In this document: positions 27,608-36,742 of the stretch, one piece after another
Numbering within the stretch: the stretch's first letter is position 1
How the letters are laid out: each line of letters begins with the position of its first letter
NCBI GenBank assembly: GCA_934692295.1
Contig: CAKUTL010000003.1
Coordinates: forward strand, 8,031 to 72,030
Source of the DNA: an uncultured Candidatus Melainabacteria bacterium
GTDB lineage: Bacteria; Cyanobacteriota; Vampirovibrionia; Gastranaerophilales; Gastranaerophilaceae
Length of the DNA: 64,000 bases
Direction: 5' to 3'
Translations under genes and position numbers: made by a program
Notes under the pieces: generated by a model
What the model was told of the DNA's origin: nothing
What the model saw: the letters and a program-made list of their open reading frames with translations, nothing else
The model's database searches: none

Positions 27608-30600
27608 TTGAATTTGATTATCGAGGGGAGTATAGAAACAAACAAAACAGACTTGCTGGTTGAGAAATATACCGGTCTGTTAAATAACGGAATTCCTGCT
27701 TCAGAAGTTTTGGTATTGGTTCAAAACTCCACTTTGAAAAACAACTTTATTGAAAAAACTTATTCAAAATTAACGATTGATTGTGTTGAAAAATTACAAG
27801 TTCATTCGTTCTTTTCTTTGGTTTACAACACTATAAACGACAATTGGGCATTTCTAGAAGACAGAAATATTTTTGACAACCCTGTTATACTTCCCAACCT
27901 TGCGGGGCTAGAAGTTTCGCAGTTCTTACTAAAAGATATTTTAAAAGAGGTTCAGTTTAGGGGGTACAATTCCCGAATGTCTTTATTGCAACAAATTTTT
28001 AGACGTTATTCCCTTATTGTGCAAAATAATCTTTCACAAAGCGAAATTGATAAAAGAGCCAAGATTTTGAAAGAAGGATTTTCGGATGAAGCCTCTCTTG
28101 CAATAAAAAAACTTTTGAAAAAAACACTTGAACTCCGAGATTTTGACTATTTGCGACAGTGTTTAATGTTCAATTTTGTATATAAAAATACTGATTACTT
28201 TAAAAATATTAAATATTTGATAGTTGATGATGCGGATGAATGCACACCTATTTGTATTGATTTTATTGAATATTTGTCTAAACAGTTGAAAGATTATTTT
28301 ATTACAATTGATCCCCTAGGGTCTTCTCGTTGCGGGTATTTGAGTGCAGACAAAAATAATTATAAAAAATTGAAGAGTATTTTTAACAATGACGTTATTG
28401 TAATTCCGTCAGACTCGAAAATGCTACAAGATTCTCAAACTCTTTACGAAAATATTTTTAGTGAAAAAGTTGATACTTTACACAATTTCACCTTTGAATC
28501 TCTTTCAAAGCGGTCAGAAATCATAGAAAGTGTAATCAAAAAAATTAAAACTCTTTTAGATAAAAAAGTTTCGCCTTCCGAAATCTCAATAATTACTCCA
28601 ATTGTTGATGAAATGTTGAAGTTTACCCTCAAAGAGGATTTGCCCAATAATATAAATTTGCGTTACCTTTCAGGTAGTGAAAAACTTATTCAAAATAGGC
28701 TTGTCCTTGCGGTAATTACCGTACTGAAACTAAACACAAATCTCAAAAAGACTTTATCGGAATTTGATATTCGAGTTATTTTATCAGAATTTTTGCATAT
28801 CCCGCTTAAATATTGCGAAGAAATTTTAGAAAACTTTCAAAATCAAAAAACTCTTATCCCGTTTGATTTTGGGGATGAAGATTACAACAAAAAATATAAT
28901 GAATTTTTGCATTTGATTAACGAATTGGCAAATAGTAACGAAAAACTAGCCGAACAAATTGTCAAAATATACAACCAGTTATTTTCTTTTGACTTCTGGA
29001 ATAAACACGAAATTAACAAATTTAACTTCTTCCTCAAACAAATTACAGATTTTGAAAATGTTTTGGGAAAAGGTTTCAATTCTAGAAAATCAGATATTAT
29101 TTTGCAGGTTGAAAACTCCATTATTTCTGAAAATCCGTATTCAGTTCTTGAAATTGGGAAAAATGACCTAATAATTTCAACACCTCAAAAGATTATTGAC
29201 AACCAAATAAAGACAAAATATCAAATATGGCTAGATATTTCAAATTCAGAATGGATTAAATCAGATACTGGGCCACTTTACAACGCTTGGGTTTTCCAAA
29301 AAGATTGGGACAAAGAAGAATATACAATTGATGATAATATAGAACTTTCAAAAGAAAAAAATGCTCGAGTTATGCGAAAACTTACACTATGTGCTAAGGA
29401 TAAAATATTCTGTTACTCTAGTTTGTTTGATTCAAACGGAATAGAAAACTATGGAGCATTAGAAGATTTTATTGTTGTTGAAAATCCTCAAGAGCAAGAA
29501 GAAACAGAGCAAAAGACATTTAAAATTATACCTCGAGAAGATCAAAAACCGGTTCTTGAATACAAATCAGGGAAAATGGGAATTTCTGCTGTTCCTGGAG
29601 CTGGGAAGACAACAATATTACTCGCTTTAATTATTAAACTATTAGAAAGAGGGATTAACCCAGAAAGAATTTTTGTCCTAACTTATATGGATTCAGCTGC
29701 AAGAAATTTTAGAGAGAGAATTAAAAATGTTCGCAAAAATTCTTCCAGACTACCAAATATAAGTACAATTCATGGTTTAGCTTTACGAATTTTGAAAGAG
29801 AATGGGAATTACGAAAAGCTAGGGTTATCATCTGATTTTGAAATCTGTGATGACTCACAAAGAAATAGAATGCTCCGAGAAATTTCATCTGTTATGAAAA
29901 TTGATACAAAAACAGCAGAAGAGTTTGATAGAGCCGTTTCTGTATTTAAAATGGGTTTAGGTAAATTTGAAACCCTTCCAACAGATGCGAAATTAAAAAA
30001 ATTCAGAACGTTTTTCAACCTGTATCAGTCAAACTTGAAAGAATTTAACCTTATTGATTACGATGATATGCTAACGGGTTCTGTAAAAATTCTAAGAGGA
30101 AATCCGGATATTTTATCACATTATCAAGAAATTTGCGAATATATTATAGAAGACGAAGCACAAGATTCTTCTTCTATTCAACAAGAATTGATTTCACTTC
30201 TTTCAGGCAAACATCAAAACATCATTCGATGCGGCGATGTGAACCAATCCATTACATCAACTTTTTCTAACGCTGATGTTGAAGGATTTAGAAAATTTAT
30301 TACAGAAAACAACAATGTTATGATGAACTGTTCTCAACGATGTACCAAAGGAGTTTGGGAAATAGCCAATAACGTAGTTGAAATGTTTAGTCAAAAACAA
30401 GACAGTAAAGATGCTTTTTTCAAAATGTTTATGCAACCAGTCAAAGGTAAAAATCCCCAAACAGAAAACGCTATCACAGGAGAAATTTTTGATTCCCCAG
30501 TTGATGAGAAAAATTACATTCTAAAAACAATAAAAGATACGTTGTCCAAAAATCCTAATTATACAGTTGGAATTTTATTAAGAAACAATTATCAAGTAGC

Positions 30601-31492
30601 CGCTTGGCAAGACTTGATTGAAAATAGTGGACTTAAAGCTATTACAAGAAACCAATGTTTAGAACAAAAAGCAATTTTCAAAGCAATTTTTGCAGTAATG
30701 AAAATAGTTTTGCATCCGTTTGATAACGAAAATCTTGGAGCAAATTACGATGTACTTGCCGATTTAGGATTGTACAAAAGAGGGTTAGGGAGTGAAATTT
30801 CAAAATACGAAAACCCATTTGTAAAACTAAACGGAGATAGCATCGAAGCTCAAAGCCTTGAACAATTTAATTATGATGTAAATTATTGGATGTCATTATG
30901 TTACTTACCGCCAAATGAATTAGCTTTAAAAGTCGGCGAACAATTTTTTAATAGCGAAATTGAAAAAGCTAATATTTACCTAATTTCAACTCTTATTAAA
31001 AGAATTTGTATTAAAAATAATTCTTTAGAATATGCGGTATCTCGACTAGCTGAACTTTCTAAAAAGCCAAATTTAAGTGGTTTTAAATTCTTCTCGGAAG
31101 AAGACGAAGACGACAAATCAGCTCTTTGTGGCAAGGTTCAAATAATGACAATGCACAAATCAAAAGGGGACGAATTCAACCTCGTATTTATCCCTGAACT
31201 ACAAGAAAAAAGTTTGCCACTATCAATCGGAAAAATAAATTTAAAATCCGCAGACTTTTTAGAAACCGTAAAATCCTTAAATCCAACATACAAGAAAAAA
31301 TCTGATTACGAGCTAAAACAAGAAATCTTAGCCGAAAACTTAAGACTCCTATATGTTGCAATCACGAGAGCAAAAAACAAACTCTACATAACCGCAAGCA
31401 GCAAAATTAAATCTTTCGGGAAAGAAAAAACATCTGAACCTAGTGTAATTTTTGAAGAGTTATTAGGAATTGAAGGAGGGCAAAATGATTAA
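27608..31492 (+). CDS. fused AddB-like (degenerate) / AddA-like (intact) UvrD-family helicase, no nuclease domain
   Basis: 1294 aa. The C-terminal half has AVPGAGKTT, DEAQDSS, MTMHKSKGDEF and YVAITRAKNKLY. The N-terminal half has only degenerate counterparts (EGSIETNKT, VDDADE). In-frame TTG 27614 has better SD spacing than 27608. Confidence 0.75.
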   Translation: MNLIIEGSIETNKTDLLVEKYTGLLNNGIPASEVLVLVQNSTLKNNFIEKTYSKLTIDCVEKLQVHSFFSLVYNTINDNWAFLEDRNIFDNPVILPNLAGLEVSQFLLKDILKEVQFRGYNSRMSLLQQIFRRYSLIVQNNLSQSEIDKRAKILKEGFSDEASLAIKKLLKKTLELRDFDYLRQCLMFNFVYKNTDYFKNIKYLIVDDADECTPICIDFIEYLSKQLKDYFITIDPLGSSRCGYLSADKNNYKKLKSIFNNDVIVIPSDSKMLQDSQTLYENIFSEKVDTLHNFTFESLSKRSEIIESVIKKIKTLLDKKVSPSEISIITPIVDEMLKFTLKEDLPNNINLRYLSGSEKLIQNRLVLAVITVLKLNTNLKKTLSEFDIRVILSEFLHIPLKYCEEILENFQNQKTLIPFDFGDEDYNKKYNEFLHLINELANSNEKLAEQIVKIYNQLFSFDFWNKHEINKFNFFLKQITDFENVLGKGFNSRKSDIILQVENSIISENPYSVLEIGKNDLIISTPQKIIDNQIKTKYQIWLDISNSEWIKSDTGPLYNAWVFQKDWDKEEYTIDDNIELSKEKNARVMRKLTLCAKDKIFCYSSLFDSNGIENYGALEDFIVVENPQEQEETEQKTFKIIPREDQKPVLEYKSGKMGISAVPGAGKTTILLALIIKLLERGINPERIFVLTYMDSAARNFRERIKNVRKNSSRLPNISTIHGLALRILKENGNYEKLGLSSDFEICDDSQRNRMLREISSVMKIDTKTAEEFDRAVSVFKMGLGKFETLPTDAKLKKFRTFFNLYQSNLKEFNLIDYDDMLTGSVKILRGNPDILSHYQEICEYIIEDEAQDSSSIQQELISLLSGKHQNIIRCGDVNQSITSTFSNADVEGFRKFITENNNVMMNCSQRCTKGVWEIANNVVEMFSQKQDSKDAFFKMFMQPVKGKNPQTENAITGEIFDSPVDEKNYILKTIKDTLSKNPNYTVGILLRNNYQVAAWQDLIENSGLKAITRNQCLEQKAIFKAIFAVMKIVLHPFDNENLGANYDVLADLGLYKRGLGSEISKYENPFVKLNGDSIEAQSLEQFNYDVNYWMSLCYLPPNELALKVGEQFFNSEIEKANIYLISTLIKRICIKNNSLEYAVSRLAELSKKPNLSGFKFFSEEDEDDKSALCGKVQIMTMHKSKGDEFNLVFIPELQEKSLPLSIGKINLKSADFLETVKSLNPTYKKKSDYELKQEILAENLRLLYVAITRAKNKLYITASSKIKSFGKEKTSEPSVIFEELLGIEGGQND

Positions 31493-32117
31493 AATATACT
31501 CTCCAAACATGTTGAAAACCTATGAAAAATGTCCAAGAAAATTTTATTTTCGATACATTGAAGGGGTAAATGTTCCACTTTCATTTTTACCTTTTGAAAA
31601 AGGGAAAAAAATTCACGCCTTAGCTAACTATTTTCTCCAAGAAATAAACATTTCGAGAATAGAAACAGCTTTAACAGAAGAAGAAAAAGCGATATGGATT
31701 TCATTATTAAATAACCCATTTTATAGAAAAAAATGCCTAAAATCTGAATTTTCAATCAGCACAAAAATTGGAGATTTTTGGGTTGGTGGACGTCTTGATG
31801 CTGTAGTTCATGATGAAAAAGAATATTATATTCTTGACTACAAAACCGGTTCAACTCCGAAAAATCCTGAGTTTGATTACCAAACAATGATTTATCTTTT
31901 GTGCATGGATAAATACCTAAAAAAATACGATAAATTATCTTTTGTTTATATAAATCTAAAAGACAAAAATAACTATGTCATTGATTTTAATGAAAAATTA
32001 AAACAAGAATACGAAAATAGATTGCTAAAAATATGCACAGCAATAACATCCGATTCGTGGTATCAAAAGAATTCAAAATCTTGTGCAAGATGTGAATATG
32101 AAAAAATTTGCAAGTAG
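31485..32117 (+). CDS. PD-(D/E)XK nuclease with Cas4/AddB-type four-Cys cluster
   Basis: 210 aa from ATG 31485 (GAAGGAGG SD), overlapping the helicase stop by 8 nt. N-terminal CPRKFYF, GRLDAV...ILDYKTG and C-terminal CARCEYEKIC. Confidence 0.75.
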   Translation: MIKIYSPNMLKTYEKCPRKFYFRYIEGVNVPLSFLPFEKGKKIHALANYFLQEINISRIETALTEEEKAIWISLLNNPFYRKKCLKSEFSISTKIGDFWVGGRLDAVVHDEKEYYILDYKTGSTPKNPEFDYQTMIYLLCMDKYLKKYDKLSFVYINLKDKNNYVIDFNEKLKQEYENRLLKICTAITSDSWYQKNSKSCARCEYEKICK

Positions 32118-32140
32118 TTGATTTTTGGAATAATTAAAAT

Positions 32141-32180
32141 ACATTCCCTCTCACGTGAAGAAGGGAATGTATAATTTTTT
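32141..32180. terminator. bidirectional terminator
   Basis: ACATTCCCT-12 nt loop-AGGGAATGT followed by T6. Confidence 0.65.
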
Positions 32181-32203
32181 ATGACTAGATATCTTTTTAC
32201 CTG

Positions 32204-32428
32204 TTATTTCATAAATAGAGATCCTGCAGAAGCCGATGCAACTCTCATAATTTTTTTCACTTTCGCTGCTTCATCTGCGGTAAAAGCTTGCTTAACACGA
32301 CCAGATGCTTTTTTTTCAGCACGTTTTGCTTTTCTTGCTTCTTTTTTTTCAGCCTTAGTTTTTTGAGCGGGTGTTTTAGATTTTACGTTATATTGAGAGT
32401 CTCCGGTACTAATTCCGTCTAATGCCAT
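32204..32428 (-). CDS. Lys-rich small hypothetical protein
   Basis: 74 aa from ATG 32428 (AAGGAG SD 8 nt upstream). KTKAEKKEARKAKRAEKK basic core. Confidence 0.55.
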   Translation of the reverse strand: MALDGISTGDSQYNVKSKTPAQKTKAEKKEARKAKRAEKKASGRVKQAFTADEAAKVKKIMRVASASAGSLFMK

Positions 32429-32479
32429 AATCAATTCTCCTTTCGTTAAAAATTTTCACATTTATGTATTATCCACGTA

Positions 32480-32511
32480 TATATAAAGTATTTATATTTT
32501 AAATAATTGCC
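32480..32511 (-). promoter_or_regulatory. copy 5 of upstream motif (GGCAATT-N17-TTTATATA on the minus strand)
   Basis: Plus strand reads TATATAAA 32480-32487 and AATTGCC 32505-32511. 51 nt upstream of ATG 32428. Confidence 0.6.
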
Positions 32512-32685
32512 TTAGAAAAATATTAAAATAATAAAAAACAAGTTATGATTGAATTTCAAGGAATAAAATACAGCTTTACATTATGTAATAAATTGAATAA
32601 TGTAGGTCGGTATTTTTGCCCCAACATTAAATTTATTTCCTAGCCATAAGGAAGAAAAAATTCTAATTAAAAACTCAAACAAACT

Positions 32686-32813
32686 CGTCATACTGAGCGA
32701 AGTATCGATAACGACAAGATTTGCTAACTTAATACTTTAAAACGCATACATCATTCTGAGGGATTTACATTTGAAATAAGAATAATAACCATACATATTT
32801 ACCCGAAGAATCT
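32686..32813. repeat. fragments of dispersed repeat family A
   Basis: CGTCATACTGAGCGAAGTATCG 32686-32707, CATCATTCTGAGGGATT 32749-32766 and TACCCGAAGAATCT 32800-32813 each have a counterpart in 61330-61517. Confidence 0.75.
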
Positions 32814-32837
32814 AAAATCTTAACTTGCGAAGATTAA

Positions 32838-32932
32838 CCCCTCACCCTTTCCCAAACCTCTCACAAAACAATTCACTGGATTGTTTTGCTCGGCAGAGTC
32901 CTAGGAGAGGGAAATAGGCTATCAATCCTCTC
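32838..32932. repeat. repeat family B, reverse-oriented copy of the tRNA-Met leader repeats
   Basis: CCTCTCACAAAAC...GTTTTGCTCGGCAGAGTCC hairpin (32857-32901) plus GGCTATCAATCCTCTC. It matches the reverse complement of 41950-42110 with compensatory changes in the inner stem. Confidence 0.65.
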
Positions 32933-33061
32933 TACCAAAATCAAAAAATTGTATCAACTTCTAAACCTATTAAATTGACATCTTTAAATTATCTACACAT
33001 GTTATTGACAAAAGAGTAATTAAGAAACACAATAAAGTTATAGTTTTGAGGGGGATTTTAG

Positions 33062-34162
33062 ATGGTAAAAGAAACATATTTACACGATAAACACGTTGCA
33101 CTTGGTGCAAAGATGGTTGATTTTGCAGGATGGCACATGCCTGTCCAATATTCATCAATCATTGAAGAACATAAAACAGTAAGAAATGCCGTTGGACTTT
33201 TCGACGTTTCTCACATGGGAGAAGTTTTTGTTTCTGGTAAAGATGCAACAGCATTTTTAAATAAAATCGTTCCTCAAGACATTGAAAAACTTGATTATGA
33301 AAAAGCCGTATATTGCCAATTACCGAACAAAAATGGCGGACTTATCGACGACTTAATTATCTATAAATTAGGGATTGAATATTATTTGGTAATCTGTAAC
33401 GCTTCAAGAATTGATGAAGATTTAAATTGGATTGTGAGAAATAAACGAGGAATGAAGGTAAAAATTGACAACCAATCTCACAACTACTCACTCCTTGCCG
33501 TTCAAGGACCAAAGGCAATTGATTTGGTAAGAAAAATGGGTTACAACCTTCAGAATCAAAAATCTTTCACAATTAAGCCTGCAATTATTGAAGGGATAAA
33601 ACTTCTAGCTTCCCGCACAGGATACACTGGGGAAGACGGTTTTGAACTCCTTGTAGAAAACGAATATTCAGAATTTTTATGGGATAAGATTTTAGAAGAA
33701 GGTAAAGAATACGGAATTAAGCCAATCGGTCTTGGTGCAAGAGATACTCTTAGACTTGAAGCGGCACTGCATTTATACGGAAATGATTTAGACGAAAACA
33801 CAACACCAATTGAAGCAGGTTTGTCTTGGTCTGTTCCTAAAGATAAACAAGCAGACTACAACGGCAAAGAGATTATTATGAGCCAAATTGCCAATGGAGT
33901 TTCTAAAAAGCTCGTTGGACTTGAAATGTTAGACAGAAACATTGCTCGACATGGGTATGAAATTTATTTCAATGGTGAAAAAGTCGGACATGTTACAAGC
34001 GGATGTGTTTCACCTAGCACAGGCAAAAATATCGCTCTTGGCTATGTAAAAAATATCAAAGAAATTTGCACCGATGCAACTGTTCAAGTTATGATTAGAG
34101 AAAAACTTCACGATGCAAAAATCGTAAAAAGACCTTTTATCCAAAAAAGAAATAAGGTATAA
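33062..34162 (+). CDS. gcvT: glycine cleavage system aminomethyltransferase (T protein)
   Basis: 366 aa. HVALGAKMVDFAGWHMPVQY and FDVSHMGE motifs. Followed by gcvH. Confidence 0.92.
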   Translation: MVKETYLHDKHVALGAKMVDFAGWHMPVQYSSIIEEHKTVRNAVGLFDVSHMGEVFVSGKDATAFLNKIVPQDIEKLDYEKAVYCQLPNKNGGLIDDLIIYKLGIEYYLVICNASRIDEDLNWIVRNKRGMKVKIDNQSHNYSLLAVQGPKAIDLVRKMGYNLQNQKSFTIKPAIIEGIKLLASRTGYTGEDGFELLVENEYSEFLWDKILEEGKEYGIKPIGLGARDTLRLEAALHLYGNDLDENTTPIEAGLSWSVPKDKQADYNGKEIIMSQIANGVSKKLVGLEMLDRNIARHGYEIYFNGEKVGHVTSGCVSPSTGKNIALGYVKNIKEICTDATVQVMIREKLHDAKIVKRPFIQKRNKV

Positions 34163-34204
34163 CTATTATAAACAATTAAAAGTATGAAAAAGGAGAAAAT
34201 ATAA

Positions 34205-34585
34205 ATGGGTTTTAAAGAAGAAATGTTATGTTCTAAATCGCACGAATACGTTATTAAACAAGATGACAAATATGTTATCGGACTTACAGATTATGCTATT
34301 GAACAACTTGGCGATATTGTATTTTTAGAATTGCCGGAAGTTGGAGATGAATTTGCTAAAGGTGATACTTTTGCAAACATTGAATCAGTAAAAGCTGCTT
34401 CTGAAATTTACATGCCAATCAGTGGTAAAATTGTTGAAATTAACGATGGATTAGTTGATGCTCCAGAACAATTGAACGAAGATTGTTACGAAGGCGGATG
34501 GCTTGTTAAAGTTGAATCAACAGCATCAGAAGATGAGTTCAAAGATTTAGTATCATACGCAGATTATAAAGAAGAATTGGAATAA
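34205..34585 (+). CDS. gcvH: glycine cleavage system H protein
   Basis: 126 aa. Lipoyl-lysine context ESVKAASEIY. Confidence 0.92.
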   Translation: MGFKEEMLCSKSHEYVIKQDDKYVIGLTDYAIEQLGDIVFLELPEVGDEFAKGDTFANIESVKAASEIYMPISGKIVEINDGLVDAPEQLNEDCYEGGWLVKVESTASEDEFKDLVSYADYKEELE

Positions 34586-34587
34586 TA

Positions 34588-35832
34588 ATGAAGAATTTTT
34601 TAGTACACAACGAAAAAACAACACAAGAAATGTGTAAAGCTATCAGAATTGATAAAGTTGAAGATTTATTCAAACAAATTCCTCAATCTGTAAGAATGCC
34701 AGAACTTGACCTTCCAGAAGGGTTGAGTGAAATGGAAACCCAAAGAAAAGTTAAAAATCTCGCAAAATCAAACAAATCGGATTTTATAAGCTTTCTTGGG
34801 GGCGGAATTTACAATAAATTTGTACCCGCTTGTATAAATCAAGTTGCAAGCAGATTTGAATTTAACACTGCTTACACTCCATACCAACCAGAAATTTCAC
34901 AAGGAACATTGCAAGTTATGTATGAATTTCAAACAATGATTTGTAGATTAACTGGTATGGATATTTCTAATGCCACAGTTTATGATGCTGGAACAGCTTG
35001 TGCCGAAGCAATATTAATGGCTTGCAGAATTTCTAAAAAATACAAAGTTTGTGTACTTAATTCTCTAAACCCAGAATACAAGAGGGTTATTGAAACTTAC
35101 ACTAATTCTCAAGGAATTGAAGTTGATTGGGTTGACGAAATACCACAAGCAACAAAAGATTATGCCGGAGTTCTCGTTCAAACTCCTAACTATTATGGAG
35201 AAATTATTCAACCAAAAGAAGTTGAATGCTTGTCTATAATTTGTTGCGACCCATCATCATTAGCAATATTGAAAACCCCAGCAGAAATGGGAGCAGATAT
35301 TGCAGTTGGGGATATTCAAACCCTAGGAATTCCAATGAATTTTGGCGGACCTAGTGCTGGATTCATTGCTTGTAGAGAAAAATTGATGCGTCAACTTCCT
35401 GGAAGACTAGCAGGAAGAACGGTTGATAAAGATGGTAAACAAGCATTTTGTCTAACTATTCAAACAAGAGAACAACATATCAAAAGAGAAAAAGCAACAA
35501 GTAATATTTGTTCTAATCAAGCTCTTATTGGACTTTGTGCAACTCTTTATCTATCAGTTATGGGAGATAAAGGATTCAGACAAGCCGGATATTTATCTAC
35601 AAAAAATGCCCACACTCTAGCAAATAAATTGCAAGAAAAAGGCTACAAAGTTCTAAATAAAAATTTCTTCAATGAATTTGTTTTAGAAGTTCCAAATGCA
35701 GATGAATTTCTTGCAAAACTGGAAGACAATAACATTTTAGGTGGAATTAAATTAGATGATAAAAAAATCCTAGTTGCGACAACCGAAATGAATTCAGAAG
35801 AAGACATCGATTTATATATCAAGACCGTCTAA
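34588..35832 (+). CDS. gcvPA: glycine dehydrogenase (decarboxylating) subunit 1
   Basis: 414 aa. YTPYQPEISQG motif. No gcvPB follows. Confidence 0.9.
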   Translation: MKNFLVHNEKTTQEMCKAIRIDKVEDLFKQIPQSVRMPELDLPEGLSEMETQRKVKNLAKSNKSDFISFLGGGIYNKFVPACINQVASRFEFNTAYTPYQPEISQGTLQVMYEFQTMICRLTGMDISNATVYDAGTACAEAILMACRISKKYKVCVLNSLNPEYKRVIETYTNSQGIEVDWVDEIPQATKDYAGVLVQTPNYYGEIIQPKEVECLSIICCDPSSLAILKTPAEMGADIAVGDIQTLGIPMNFGGPSAGFIACREKLMRQLPGRLAGRTVDKDGKQAFCLTIQTREQHIKREKATSNICSNQALIGLCATLYLSVMGDKGFRQAGYLSTKNAHTLANKLQEKGYKVLNKNFFNEFVLEVPNADEFLAKLEDNNILGGIKLDDKKILVATTEMNSEEDIDLYIKTV

Positions 35833-35856
35833 AAAAATTCAAAATAAAACTTTTCA

Positions 35857-35895
35857 AAACTCTCAATTGCAATTACACGATTGAGAGTTTTGTTG
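35857..35895. terminator. bidirectional terminator between gcvPA and the convergent TPR gene
   Basis: AAACTCTCAAT-12 nt loop-ATTGAGAGTTT followed by a T-rich tract. Overlaps the TPR stop codon. Confidence 0.6.
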
Positions 35896-36625
35896 TTTTA
35901 GTTTTTAGCGATCTTAATTTTTCCACTCTACGCATAATAAAATTCGCATTCTCAGAATCAGGTCTGCAAGCTAAGAATTTTCTATAATATCTTTTTGCGT
36001 CTGAGTGTTTGCCAAGTTTATCTAAACATAATCCAATATCTGAATAAACTTGGGTATAATTTGGATTTATTTTCAAAATTTCTTTATACAATGCAAGAGC
36101 CGGTCTGTATAATTCCATCTTCATCAAAAGTGAAGATTTTCTAACGTAGGCGTTGATATAATTTGGCGAATTTTCAATAAGTTTTTGATAAATCATCAAA
36201 GCCATATCTTCTTCTTCGCATTGTTCGTGAGCGATACCGAGTTGATAAATTGCATCCGGATTATCAGGTTCAATCTGAATAGCTTGAATAAAACACTTAA
36301 TCGCACAGCAAGGAGTTTCATCTTTCAAATGACAAAGCCCTAATTCATAAAAAGTATCAAATTTATTAGAATCAAGCAGTGCTGCTTTTTCTAAATTTTC
36401 AATAGCTTTTTTGATTTTGCCCATATTTTTATAACAAATTCCTAATCCTAAATAGGTATCAGGATTATTTCTATCTAAAAGGACAGAATTTAAGTATGCA
36501 GAAACAGCCTCTTTGAACGAACGTTTTGTTCTCAATAAATCCGCTTCAGATTGAATTTTATTAACTTTTTTTCTCCTAATAATAGGGGTGCTCATATATT
36601 GAGATTTTATATTCTCGTCGCTCAA
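35873..36625 (-). CDS. tetratricopeptide-repeat protein
   Basis: 250 aa with repeated 34-aa A/Y/L patterns (YLGLGICYKNMGKIKKAIENLEKAALLD and others). Confidence 0.75.
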   Translation of the reverse strand: MSDENIKSQYMSTPIIRRKKVNKIQSEADLLRTKRSFKEAVSAYLNSVLLDRNNPDTYLGLGICYKNMGKIKKAIENLEKAALLDSNKFDTFYELGLCHLKDETPCCAIKCFIQAIQIEPDNPDAIYQLGIAHEQCEEEDMALMIYQKLIENSPNYINAYVRKSSLLMKMELYRPALALYKEILKINPNYTQVYSDIGLCLDKLGKHSDAKRYYRKFLACRPDSENANFIMRRVEKLRSLKTKTTKLSIV

Positions 36626-36742
36626 CTCTTTTTCCTCTTACATTTCTATATTAGATTTTTTTTCGGAATAGAAGAACAATCAAGAGATTTAAAGATTAAT
36701 CAACCATTGGATTTATTATCGTTCTTGTGCTATAAATTTAGT

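Noticed and set aside
32941-33061. Glycine riboswitch expected in the gcvT leader
   Set aside because: The conserved cores (GGAGAG...CACCG and ACCGAAGGGGCAA-like) are absent on the coding strand. Only promoter-like TTGACA boxes and an SD are visible.
36551-36742. Upstream extension of the secreted paralogue-1 ORF (track start 36551)
   Set aside because: The extension overlaps the divergent TPR gene and encodes Phe/Ile-rich nonsense. A canonical signal peptide begins at ATG 36743.
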